A DNA stretch of 43,721 nt from a virus. Where the stretch lies: the IMG/VR virus record IMGVR_UViG_3300035146_000036. The stretch is one strand, 5' to 3'. Shown here piece after piece: positions 32,969 through 42,275 of the stretch. Position 1 is the stretch's first letter. Each line of letters starts with the position of its first letter. The notes below the pieces were generated by a model. It had not been told where the DNA came from. It ran no database searches and worked only from the letters and a program-made list of their open reading frames with translations. Both the position numbers and the translations under genes were made by a program.

Positions 32969-33538
32969 ATGAAAATTGAAAATGAAGGTAATGTTTGTAA
33001 GTCTAAATTAGTAAGATACAAAGGTGAACCAAAAGGATATTCAGGTTCTCATAACGGAAGCGGTAAGATAGGTATTCATTCTAATCGCACTGATTTGTTT
33101 TCTTATGGATTTAGTGCAGGAAGAACAATTGCGCTTAGAAGATATGAGTTTGGTAGGATTAAGCTTTCTGTTAAAGTGAAATTTGATAATAGTGATGATT
33201 ATTCTATTGTTAAAAGAGCTGTTAAAGATTTTATTTTGGAAATGCTTAAAAGGGAGGAATATGGACTTGAAGAAAAAGAATATAAGCCACAATTTGAAGC
33301 AAATACAATTGGTATTTTGAATGCCTGTATGGATAGGAATATATTTATTTCATATGGTTTGACGTTAAAGGGAGCTAAAGAATATGAATCTCATCAGGTA
33401 GATACAATGGAAGAGATACCAATTTCTGATAATGATAATATTGTAGAAATATTTGAGGTTATATCTGATGATATGGCTTCTGATATTGCAGACCAATTTT
33501 CTAGAATTAAATCATTAGAAAGCGACAAAGGGATATGA
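32969..33538 (+). CDS. hypothetical protein (189 aa)
   Basis: ATG 32969 with SD gaggagg. Confidence 0.6.
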   Translation: MKIENEGNVCKSKLVRYKGEPKGYSGSHNGSGKIGIHSNRTDLFSYGFSAGRTIALRRYEFGRIKLSVKVKFDNSDDYSIVKRAVKDFILEMLKREEYGLEEKEYKPQFEANTIGILNACMDRNIFISYGLTLKGAKEYESHQVDTMEEIPISDNDNIVEIFEVISDDMASDIADQFSRIKSLESDKGI

Positions 33539-33539
33539 A

Positions 33540-34793
33540 ATGGACACAAAGCGTCCTGGCCTTTCAGTGCTTAAGAGATTGATCAACAAAGAACATGGTT
33601 CTGGAACAATTGGTAGTGCTGGTTCTGTTAAGAATATACCTAGATTGTCAACAGGTAGTTTATCTTTTGATAGGGCATTAGGTGGTGGTATTGCTGTTGG
33701 TAGAACAACTATTTTTGCTGGAGATGAATCATCTGGAAAGACAACAAATGCTTTACGGGTAATAGGACTTGCTCAAAATATATGTGCAAATTGTTATAGG
33801 CCAGTAAAAGATTTGAGTGTTTCAGAAGTTGTTGATTCAGAAGGTGATACATACTGGAGTGCAGAAGGAAAGTGTGATTGTTTTAGTCGTGGGATTTTTA
33901 AGCCTATTAAGTATGATGATGAAAAAGAATCTGATTTTAAAAAACGATTAGAAAGATATAAAGAAAATTCGTATGAAGAATTTAGTGTTGTATTTTTTGA
34001 CCCAGAAGGGACATTTGATAAGGTATGGGCTGCAAAATTGGGTGTTGATATTCGTAGATTATTGTATGTTCAAGCTGAAACAACAGAGGAGGTATGTGAT
34101 ATATATGAGAGTTTAGTAAGAACTGGAGAAATTGATTTGTTTGTGCTTGATTCTATTGCTGCTATGACACCATCTGCAGAAATTGAGAATAGTTTAGCTG
34201 AATGGCAACAAGGATTGCAAGCGAGACTGATGAATAAGTTTATTAGGAAAGTGTTATCTAGTATTACTTCTGTTATGAAGTCAAAAGGTAGAGCACCAAC
34301 ACATATTTGGATAAATCAATTTAGGGAAAAAATTGGTGGGTCATCATTCGGTGATAATCGTGTGATGACATCAGGAAAAGGACAATTGTTTTTTGCTAGT
34401 ACAATTGTAAATTTTTGGACATCAAAATGGACTAAAGAGGAACAAGATAAGGATATTTTTGGTAAGGATTTGATGTCTGAAATTGGTACTAGAGTGAAAG
34501 TTAGTTATAAGACCGAAAAGAACAAGACGGCACCTGCAAAACAAATGGGTAGTTATTATATGTGGATTGCAGGGGATAATGCTGGAAAAATAGATGAATT
34601 AAAATATGTTATTGGTATGGCTTCTAAATTAAATATGTATAGAGAAGTTGGAGATGGTTCAAATAAGACATGGTATGTTGGTAATGAAAAATATACTAGA
34701 AAAAAGGATGCTATGGCTAGAATAGAAGAACCAGCTACTTTCGAAAAGCTTAGGAAGATTTTATTGGATAGGATATTAGATGGGAAAATATGA
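33540..34793 (+). CDS. recA: RecA/UvsX-family recombinase with Cys-rich insertion
   Basis: LSTGSLSFDRALGGGIAVGRTTIFAGDESSGKTT matches the RecA L1/Walker A region; insertion CANCYRP...CDCF. Confidence 0.85.
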   Translation: MDTKRPGLSVLKRLINKEHGSGTIGSAGSVKNIPRLSTGSLSFDRALGGGIAVGRTTIFAGDESSGKTTNALRVIGLAQNICANCYRPVKDLSVSEVVDSEGDTYWSAEGKCDCFSRGIFKPIKYDDEKESDFKKRLERYKENSYEEFSVVFFDPEGTFDKVWAAKLGVDIRRLLYVQAETTEEVCDIYESLVRTGEIDLFVLDSIAAMTPSAEIENSLAEWQQGLQARLMNKFIRKVLSSITSVMKSKGRAPTHIWINQFREKIGGSSFGDNRVMTSGKGQLFFASTIVNFWTSKWTKEEQDKDIFGKDLMSEIGTRVKVSYKTEKNKTAPAKQMGSYYMWIAGDNAGKIDELKYVIGMASKLNMYREVGDGSNKTWYVGNEKYTRKKDAMARIEEPATFEKLRKILLDRILDGKI

Positions 34794-35154
34794 ACCTAGG
34801 AGATATATTGGTAGTAGTGGTGGAAGTCCAACAGAACAAGAGAATCGGTTAGCTAAAAGATTTGGTGGTAAGCGTGTTGGTGGGTCTGGTGCTAATTATC
34901 ATTCAAAAGGAGATGTCAGGGATGTTTATGTGAGAGATAAAGAATTCTTGATTGAGGCAAAACAAACTAAAAAAGCAAGTATTTCTGTTAAATGGGACTG
35001 GTTAAAGAAAATTTCCAGAGAAGCAGAAGATAATAATTGCGAACCTGCATTGGCTATAGAAATAAAGGGAGGGGAATTTGATAGTACCACCGATAGGGAT
35101 TGGGTAATGATTCCAGCAAGGGTTTTTGAGGAATTTAGAAGGTTGACAAAATGA
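34780..35154 (+). CDS. VRR-NUC / PD-(D/E)xK nuclease (putative junction resolvase)
   Basis: KGDVRDVYV...EFLIEAKQTKK (D...E.K motif). Confidence 0.45.
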   Translation: MGKYEPRRYIGSSGGSPTEQENRLAKRFGGKRVGGSGANYHSKGDVRDVYVRDKEFLIEAKQTKKASISVKWDWLKKISREAEDNNCEPALAIEIKGGEFDSTTDRDWVMIPARVFEEFRRLTK

Positions 35155-35531
35155 GAACTACATTAGAAGAAGATTTCAAAAAAATAGGTATGGATATTGG
35201 TGGTGAAGAATTTGCAGAAATGGCATATCATATGCCTAAAAGTGATGATTTTATAAAAATAAAAGAAGTAACAAGGGTTAGTATTAATCCTGGTGATATG
35301 TTGGTTGTTCATATTGATACTGAAGGATTACCAGCAAATCGTTTGTCTGAATCTGTAATTGGAAAAGTATCTAATGATTTGAAGAAATTATATGGTAAAG
35401 ATATTAAAGTTATGATTTGTGATGAAAGAACAAGAGTTGAAGTTGTAAAGAAGAACAGTAAAATAAAAAGAGAGTACAGAAAAAGAGAGTACAAAAAGAC
35501 AAAAATAGAAATGGGTATATGGAAGAGTTGA
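35151..35531 (+). CDS. hypothetical protein (126 aa)
   Basis: ORF; KREYRKREYKK repeat. Confidence 0.55.
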   Translation: MRTTLEEDFKKIGMDIGGEEFAEMAYHMPKSDDFIKIKEVTRVSINPGDMLVVHIDTEGLPANRLSESVIGKVSNDLKKLYGKDIKVMICDERTRVEVVKKNSKIKREYRKREYKKTKIEMGIWKS

Positions 35532-35596
35532 TAGAGTTAAGTTGATTTTTGAGTATTAAAATATAGATAGTTGAAAAGATTAAAGGATAAGGTTTT

Positions 35597-36367
35597 ATGG
35601 GAGATAAGAGTGCGATTCATTGGACTGATGCAACATTAAATCCAGTGACGGGTTGTTCAAAGGTTAGTCCAGAATGTGATAATTGTTATGCTGAAAAAAT
35701 GGCTATGCGATTGAAAGCAATGGGTCAGAAAAATTATGAGGATGGATTTGATGTTCGTTGTCATCCAGATATGCTTAAAAAATTAGGTGAATGGACTAGA
35801 CCTAGATGGGTTTTTATATGTTCGATGGGAGACCCTTTTCATTCTGAAGTACCATTTAGTTTTATTGATGATATGCATGATGCAATGAATAAATATAATC
35901 ATCATAAGTATATTGTTTTGACAAAAAGAGCTCAGAGAATGAATAGATATTTTCAAGAAAGGAATGGATTTCTTGACCATGTTTGGTACGGTGTATCTGT
36001 TGGATTGAGACAAACAGTTAATAGAATTAATATTTTGAGAGGTACGAATGTTGAACATAAATTTGTATCTTTTGAACCATTAATTGGTGATATTTTTAGT
36101 CCTTATGTTACTCCAGTAGAGGATGATTTTTTTAATCTTCGTGGGATTGAATGGGTGATTATTGGTGGAGAATCTGGTCAAAAAGCAAGGGAAATGAACG
36201 AAAATAATGCTGAGAAGATTGTGTCATATGCTAAACTTCTTGGTTGTAGGGTTTTTTTCAAGCAGATGGGGACTGTTTGGGCAAAGAAAAATGGTTCTAA
36301 AAGTAGAAAAGGTGATATTGTTGATGAATGGCCAATGTGGGCCAGGATAAGAGAGATGCCATGTTGA
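35597..36367 (+). CDS. phage Gp37/Gp68 family protein (DUF5131)
   Basis: IHWTDATLNPVTGCSKVSPECDNCYAE signature. Confidence 0.8.
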   Translation: MGDKSAIHWTDATLNPVTGCSKVSPECDNCYAEKMAMRLKAMGQKNYEDGFDVRCHPDMLKKLGEWTRPRWVFICSMGDPFHSEVPFSFIDDMHDAMNKYNHHKYIVLTKRAQRMNRYFQERNGFLDHVWYGVSVGLRQTVNRINILRGTNVEHKFVSFEPLIGDIFSPYVTPVEDDFFNLRGIEWVIIGGESGQKAREMNENNAEKIVSYAKLLGCRVFFKQMGTVWAKKNGSKSRKGDIVDEWPMWARIREMPC

Positions 36368-36451
36368 TAAATAATAATGAACAAAAAGAAGGCTGCAAGA
36401 TAAATGTTATGTTTTGATATTTGATGAGATTTCAAAGAAAGGAAAAGTATA

Positions 36452-36988
36452 ATGAGTGAAGAGTTTAGTGATATAAAATATTTTACAGACAAATTATATT
36501 CTGCTTTAGGTATTCAAAAGGAGTTAGTGAGTAAGGATAATGAATCATCTTACGTGAAACAGGATGAATATGAATATTTATTATTTAATCCTATTCAGCC
36601 GATGACACGACCAACATGTGATATATTTCATTGGGATTTTTTGATAGATAAGCATAGAAGACCATGTCCATTTCCTGAAAAATTAGGTGTTTATGTTTTG
36701 AAGGAAGGATATGAAATAAATGCTTTAAGTACATTAAGAAGGCATATACGATGGAATGGTTTTCAATTTATATGTAGTGATTTTCGTGATAGAAAAGGTA
36801 ATATTTATTATCGTCAGTTTTTATTGGGTGTTAAAGAACCTAGTATAGGTTATGTGTGGGAACATATTGAGAATGGTATTGATGAGTATAAAAATGCTGA
36901 ATTGGATGAAAAATATTTGAAGAAAAAAGAACCATCTGTTTTGTTTGACCCATATTATTTAGGGGGAAGGAAAGGGAATTTATGGTGA
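36452..36988 (+). CDS. hypothetical protein (178 aa)
   Basis: ORF. Confidence 0.6.
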   Translation: MSEEFSDIKYFTDKLYSALGIQKELVSKDNESSYVKQDEYEYLLFNPIQPMTRPTCDIFHWDFLIDKHRRPCPFPEKLGVYVLKEGYEINALSTLRRHIRWNGFQFICSDFRDRKGNIYYRQFLLGVKEPSIGYVWEHIENGIDEYKNAELDEKYLKKKEPSVLFDPYYLGGRKGNLW

Positions 36989-36992
36989 TATT

Positions 36993-37553
36993 ATGGGTGA
37001 ATATGATCAAATATTGATAGGTATGCCTCGAGATAAGGCAATTTTGTGTTTGAGAAAATTGGGTGATAATATTGAGCCTGTAGAACAAGAGGTTTTAGAC
37101 AATAAAAATGGAGAATTAATTAAATTTCAGGCATATGATTTTGTGATTCATTTGTTTGAAAGTAATAATGATACAGAGAAATTTATATGTTTGTTACAAA
37201 AATGGATTGAAAATGTTGAATGGTCAAAGAAATTGATAGCAAGTAGAAATATAGAATCAGTTAAAGATGGTGATGATTTTAAAAATATACATGTATTAAT
37301 GATTAGATTATGGGTTAGTGATAAACATTATGCTGATTCTTTTAAGATTGCTGCTAATGTTATTAGGGAAAAGCTTTTACAAAAATTGGATGACCCTATT
37401 AGTGTTGGCAAAAATTTAAGTTCAATGTTTAGAGAAAAAGGATGGGTTTGTAAGTGTGGGCATCTGAATTCTATAGATCATAATATATGTGTTAATTGTT
37501 TATCATTTAATAATAATGGTAGTAGCAAAAAGAAAAATATGAAGTTTAATTGA
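36993..37553 (+). CDS. hypothetical protein with C-terminal zinc ribbon (186 aa)
   Basis: CKCGH...CVNC. Confidence 0.6.
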   Translation: MGEYDQILIGMPRDKAILCLRKLGDNIEPVEQEVLDNKNGELIKFQAYDFVIHLFESNNDTEKFICLLQKWIENVEWSKKLIASRNIESVKDGDDFKNIHVLMIRLWVSDKHYADSFKIAANVIREKLLQKLDDPISVGKNLSSMFREKGWVCKCGHLNSIDHNICVNCLSFNNNGSSKKKNMKFN

Positions 37554-37588
37554 ATTTGGATTCATATTGTGTAAATAGGGAAAGTAGG

Positions 37589-37602
37589 CGAACTCGAGTT
37601 CG
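37589..37602. promoter_or_regulatory. palindrome CGAACTCGAGTTCG (copy 7)
   Basis: Perfect copy, 22 nt upstream of ATG 37624. Confidence 0.6.
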
Positions 37603-37623
37603 TAGTTGAAAGGATTATAAAAA

Positions 37624-37995
37624 ATGTTTGCATGTACAAGATTTGAGACAAAACAGATTATGGATGGTAAGGCTTGTGGTATTGTTAGGAAATATGGTGA
37701 TAATTGTCCACATGTTAGGGGAGGGGAAATTGTTTTGACTTCAAAATTTATAGATGGTCAAAGAAATATGCCATTCGCTAAAATAGAAGTGCAGACGGTT
37801 AGACCCGGTACTGTTGGTATGTTTAGGAGAGATCCGATTATTTCAGAAATGGATGGATATGCCAATGGTGAGCATTGGGTGGGGCAGATGAGACAGCTTT
37901 ATCCTGGTATTTCTAATGAGGATAAGGTTTTTCATATAAAGTTTTTTATTAAGGAAATGGACAAGGATGCCGGAAGAAGGGGTGATATTAATTAA
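37624..37995 (+). CDS. hypothetical protein (123 aa)
   Basis: ORF. Confidence 0.55.
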   Translation: MFACTRFETKQIMDGKACGIVRKYGDNCPHVRGGEIVLTSKFIDGQRNMPFAKIEVQTVRPGTVGMFRRDPIISEMDGYANGEHWVGQMRQLYPGISNEDKVFHIKFFIKEMDKDAGRRGDIN

Positions 37996-38061
37996 ATTTT
38001 TGGTTTACTAACTATTTTTTGTGTAGTATTGTGTAAATGCTGATTGTTGTCAGGAGGCTGA

Positions 38062-39099
38062 ATGTTAGGAAATGTTATATGTAAAAAAAGTATTGATGAA
38101 GCTAAAGAAAATTTTACAATTGTTCGTTCTACAAGTGTTCAAGATTTATTATTAGAAAAATGGAGTAAGAATAACTCTGATAGTAGATTAGCGACATTAG
38201 TTCCACAAGATGAAACATGGAAAGAATTTTGGCTTTATGCTTCTGGTACAAAATATTGGTGTCCTAGATTATGTGCTATTAAGTCTTTTGTTAAAATAAA
38301 TGATATCGTAAATGCTGAAGGACTTTGGAATATGGAATACGGTAAAGCCGTTCATTCTGTATTTCAAAAGTCAGCTTTACCCAGTTTGGGTGTAAAATTT
38401 TTAGGTGCATGGAAAAAATATTTTCCACTAGAGGTTCCAATCGGTAAAGATTTTGAGCATAAAATTTTTAAACTTGTTAGGTCTAGTTTTTGGAATCAAG
38501 TAAATGATGATGAAGATCGTCATATTGTTAGGGGTTGGGGTACCAAGCCGGAAGGTAAAGATTGGGAATATGATGAGGTGAAAATCAGGATGTTAAAGTA
38601 TCGTATAGTATCAAAATTGGATGCGATACTTTTGATTGATGATGAAGAAGAAGTTTTTGAGCTCAAAACAGAGAAAGTAACAGCAAGGGATGACTTGGAC
38701 CCATGTTTAGGTGGTGCTGCAAGGATAGATCATGTTAATCAAGTGCAATTAGGAATGTGGGCTACTGGTATTCATAGGTCACGTATAGGTTATAAATTTA
38801 AAGAAGTACCATATTTTAAGTCATCATTAATGGAACATCAGATTTTATATGATGAAAGTATTGTTGAGAGATTGAAAAGATTAGCGTTGATGTGTGTAGA
38901 AGCTGTCAGGATGTGCGATAAATATAAAATGGAGGTAGAGGGCGGTAAGCCTTTTTTCAAGGATGAGGCGTCCTTGTATGGATGGTTAGAGGATAGATTC
39001 GATAGACTTCAAGATTGTCAGTTAAAGAGTAAGGGTAGACCTAAATATTGTCCTGGTAGAGATATTTGTTTTCCTAAAGGATATAGACGTAAAAAATAA
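38062..39099 (+). CDS. Cas4/RecB-like PD-(D/E)xK nuclease with Cys cluster
   Basis: N-terminal CPRLC, IDDEEEVFELKTEK (D..ELK), C-terminal C...C..C cysteines. Confidence 0.5.
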   Translation: MLGNVICKKSIDEAKENFTIVRSTSVQDLLLEKWSKNNSDSRLATLVPQDETWKEFWLYASGTKYWCPRLCAIKSFVKINDIVNAEGLWNMEYGKAVHSVFQKSALPSLGVKFLGAWKKYFPLEVPIGKDFEHKIFKLVRSSFWNQVNDDEDRHIVRGWGTKPEGKDWEYDEVKIRMLKYRIVSKLDAILLIDDEEEVFELKTEKVTARDDLDPCLGGAARIDHVNQVQLGMWATGIHRSRIGYKFKEVPYFKSSLMEHQILYDESIVERLKRLALMCVEAVRMCDKYKMEVEGGKPFFKDEASLYGWLEDRFDRLQDCQLKSKGRPKYCPGRDICFPKGYRRKK

Positions 39100-39119
39100 A
39101 ATAGTTGGGAGATTGAGTT

Positions 39120-39668
39120 GTGGCTGTTTTTTGTGGTGTTGACCCTGGTACAAACAAAAGTGGATTTGTGTTATTTGATAATGTAGATGATAAGATTATT
39201 TTTTCTAGTGAACTTGAAAATGAAATTGTTCGTTCCATATTAAGAGTGGAAGGTGATTTCCCTCGGATTCCTGATGTTAAGACATGGGAAGCTTTTTTTA
39301 TTGAAGACATTGAGTCAATGGGTTTGGTGGTTGGCAAGTCAACTTTCCAAACGGTAAAATGGATAGGTAGATTCGTTGAGGCTTACGAATATAGCACCAT
39401 GAAAAAATCTATCGAAATTTTAAGGGGAGATGAAAAAATAACATTGTGTGGAGCGAGAACATTTGTTAATCCTAAAACTGGTAGTAGGAAAGCGGTTACT
39501 GATGCGAATATAAAAAGTGCCGTGATTGATAGATTTTTACCATTAGGTGGAGGTAAGATACCGCAAGTGGGTACCAAAAAAGAACCTGGTCCATTATATG
39601 GAGTGAAGGGTCACTGTTGGCAGGCACTTGCTGTTTTGATAACTGGGTTAGAAAATTTAAAGAAATGA
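39120..39668 (+). CDS. ruvC: RuvC-like Holliday junction resolvase
   Basis: VFCGVDPGTNKSGFVLFD N-terminal RNase-H-fold motif; GTG start with SD gggaga. Confidence 0.6.
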   Translation: MAVFCGVDPGTNKSGFVLFDNVDDKIIFSSELENEIVRSILRVEGDFPRIPDVKTWEAFFIEDIESMGLVVGKSTFQTVKWIGRFVEAYEYSTMKKSIEILRGDEKITLCGARTFVNPKTGSRKAVTDANIKSAVIDRFLPLGGGKIPQVGTKKEPGPLYGVKGHCWQALAVLITGLENLKK

Positions 39669-39702
39669 TGGTTTTGTGCCAGACAACAGAAAGGGCTGTA
39701 CG

Positions 39703-40593
39703 ATGAGCGATGAACAAGGAATTCAAAAAGTGAACGAAGCAGGATTGACCGTTGTTAACAACAATGATGGTTCGGGTTCGGTAGGTGATGTAGAAAATGC
39801 CAATATTGTTGATGTTGAATTTGCTGATATCAGAGAAAAGGTGTTGGAGTTAAAAAATAAAGCTGAAGAAAATTATTGGGAGTTAGGAGTTGTTTTAGCT
39901 GATGTTTATACTAATAACAGATATCGTTCTTGGGGTTTTGATTCTTGGAAAGAATATGTTGAGCAAGAGTTAGATTTTACACTTCGCAAAGCTCAATATC
40001 TTGTAAAATTGCAAGCATGGTTTGAAAATATGACACCTGCTATGCAGGCTTTTTTTAGAGGTATTGGTTGGGCAAAATGCAGATTGCTGATGGGATTCGT
40101 AGTTAAGGAGAATGCTAAATCTTGGAAAAAGCGTGTGGAAGGTAAAACATTTAAACAAATAGAAGAAATGATTTCTCGAGCCAAAAAAGAAGAGAAAGGA
40201 ATAACCTCTGGTGGAGATGGGTCTGGTGGAGATGGTCAAGAAGGACAGCAATCTACTGGAGAGACTTTAGTTCGTAGAGCATTTAGTCTTTATAGTGGAC
40301 AAGATGAAGTTGTTACAAATGCGATAAATCGTGCCAAGGATATTGGTGAGACTGATAAAGATGGTCATGCATTGTCTCTAGTATGTATGGATTATTTAGC
40401 GTCAAGTACAAATTTGATAGATACGATTTCCTTATTTAGGCACATGGAAGATATCACGGGATATCGGATTATTGCGTTTAAGTCGGTAGATGGAGAAAAG
40501 GACCAAATTGTATTCGGTAACGAATATCTGGTAGATTTAGTTGATGAATCGGAAGGGGATTCTGAATCGGAAGGGGATTCTGGTCAAGAATAA
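39703..40593 (+). CDS. hypothetical protein (296 aa) with Gly/acidic repeats
   Basis: ATG 39703; SEGDSESEGDS repeat. Confidence 0.6.
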   Translation: MSDEQGIQKVNEAGLTVVNNNDGSGSVGDVENANIVDVEFADIREKVLELKNKAEENYWELGVVLADVYTNNRYRSWGFDSWKEYVEQELDFTLRKAQYLVKLQAWFENMTPAMQAFFRGIGWAKCRLLMGFVVKENAKSWKKRVEGKTFKQIEEMISRAKKEEKGITSGGDGSGGDGQEGQQSTGETLVRRAFSLYSGQDEVVTNAINRAKDIGETDKDGHALSLVCMDYLASSTNLIDTISLFRHMEDITGYRIIAFKSVDGEKDQIVFGNEYLVDLVDESEGDSESEGDSGQE

Positions 40594-40600
40594 AAAAGTG

Positions 40601-40629
40601 TTGACAAACGCTGTTATTGCCTTAAAATT
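40601..40629 (+). promoter_or_regulatory. sigma70-like promoter TTGACAAAC-N16-TAAAAT
   Basis: Sequence match. Confidence 0.45.
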
Positions 40630-40714
40630 AATTAAGATGGCTTGCAAGATGCAAGATTTTTTTAAAATGTTGGTTTTCATGTAAGAAAATATTTTTAATA
40701 AAGAGGGTAATAAA

Positions 40715-41212
40715 ATGAATGCTTTTAGATGGAAAGAAACATGGAGAGATAATTGTGAATTTGATTGGCTTGATGACATGAAAGATTGTGATGAGGCTAT
40801 AGAATCTTTGAGAATGCATATTCAAAATTGTGACAGAAAATATGATTTAAAAAGTATTTACAATGCTGAAGATTTAATTTTGGATATTGAAGATGAGAAA
40901 GTTGAAAGAGAGTTTTGTCCGGAATGGCCAACAAATGAACAAGTGGAAAAATATTGTGGGGTTTATCCGTGTCTTGAGTATGTTTCACGTGAAACATTTC
41001 GAAGAACAGGAGAGGCATGGAAATTGACACCTCAATTGCTTAAGACAAGGTGGACGTCAGAATTGGATTTTATTCAATGGTCACTAGTTATGCATAGTTT
41101 TTCTCCTCAAGAGGTAAGGATTGAGCCAATGCCTGTTAAGCCTGTTAATGTATTACAAAAAAGAGAAAGAGAGATTAATATAGGATGGGATCCTTATGAC
41201 TTGGGTTATTGA
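40715..41212 (+). CDS. hypothetical protein (165 aa)
   Basis: ORF. Confidence 0.6.
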   Translation: MNAFRWKETWRDNCEFDWLDDMKDCDEAIESLRMHIQNCDRKYDLKSIYNAEDLILDIEDEKVEREFCPEWPTNEQVEKYCGVYPCLEYVSRETFRRTGEAWKLTPQLLKTRWTSELDFIQWSLVMHSFSPQEVRIEPMPVKPVNVLQKREREINIGWDPYDLGY

Positions 41213-41239
41213 TAATATTTGATAAGTTTGGTTTTAATT

Positions 41240-41326
41240 TTACGCAAAAATGTCAATAAAGTACGCAATTTTTTCTATTTGAAATCATTGGGTTTTTTAA
41301 GGTACGCAATTTTTTCACGCAAAAAG
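41240..41326 (+). repeat. direct repeats (a/g)GTACGCAATTTTTTC x2 and ACGCAAAAA x2
   Basis: Seen directly; upstream of the GC-rich ORF. Confidence 0.5.
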
Positions 41327-41425
41327 TATCCATTCTGTCCTAAAAAAACTAATGATTTTGTGCTCATAAATTTGGCATGAAGAATGCAACCTATTGTTGG
41401 CAGTTGCTGATGAAAGGATGATAAA

Positions 41426-41641
41426 ATGACTATAGCCAAACAAAAAGAATCTATTCGATTCAATACCGTGATTCGGTTTCGCCGTGGAAAGAGCGGGTCA
41501 GGTAGGGACCTTGTCGGTGCTAATGGTCGTGTGTCGTGCTTGGATACGGACCCCCATTATGCGTGGGTATATGTCGATGGTTGGGTGCCTGTGGAGCGTG
41601 TCCCCATAACATGGTTTAAGATTATTCGTCAATGGGGATGA
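41426..41641 (+). CDS. hypothetical protein (71 aa) in a GC-rich compositional island
   Basis: Local GC ~55% versus ~33% around it. Confidence 0.5.
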   Translation: MTIAKQKESIRFNTVIRFRRGKSGSGRDLVGANGRVSCLDTDPHYAWVYVDGWVPVERVPITWFKIIRQWG

Positions 41642-41644
41642 TAG

Positions 41645-42274
41645 ATGGAAAAGTTATATAAATATCCTAGAACATTTCATTTTCCTTGGTCTGAGACAGT
41701 TGCTTCAGATGATAAGGTGTTGACTGATATATCATGTTTTGTTGGGTCTGAAATTGTTGTTACTGAGAAAATGGACGGTGAGAATTGTACCATGTATAGA
41801 GACCATATTCATGCCAGAAGCATTGATGGGTTATTTCATCCTAGTAGAGCATGGGTAAAAAATATGTGGGCTGATATTAGGTATGATATACCGGTTGGTT
41901 GGAGGATTTGTGGAGAAAATTTGTATGCAAAACATTCTATAAGTTATCTTAATTTGAAGTCATATTTTTATGGGTTTTCAATATGGAATGAGAACAATGT
42001 TTGCTTATCTTGGGATGAAACTATTGAATGGTTTGAACTTTTAGGGATTGTTCATGTTCCAGTTTTGTATAGGGGGGAATTTGATGTTGATGTTCTGAAA
42101 GATTTATCAATTAATAAAGATAAACAAGAGGGATATGTTGTTAGACATGCTTGTTCCTTTCGATATGATGAATTCAAGAAAAGGGTGGCCAAATTTGTAA
42201 GGTCAAATCATGTCAAAACTGATGAACATTGGATGCATAGTAAGGTTGAGAAGAATTTATTGATGGAGGGTTGA
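41645..42274 (+). CDS. ATP-dependent RNA ligase-like nucleotidyltransferase (Rnl2/PF09414-type)
   Basis: Motif I EKMDGEN (KxDGxN), motif IV EGYVVRH, motif V AKFVRSNHVK. Confidence 0.55.
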   Translation: MEKLYKYPRTFHFPWSETVASDDKVLTDISCFVGSEIVVTEKMDGENCTMYRDHIHARSIDGLFHPSRAWVKNMWADIRYDIPVGWRICGENLYAKHSISYLNLKSYFYGFSIWNENNVCLSWDETIEWFELLGIVHVPVLYRGEFDVDVLKDLSINKDKQEGYVVRHACSFRYDEFKKRVAKFVRSNHVKTDEHWMHSKVEKNLLMEG

Positions 42275-42275
42275 G

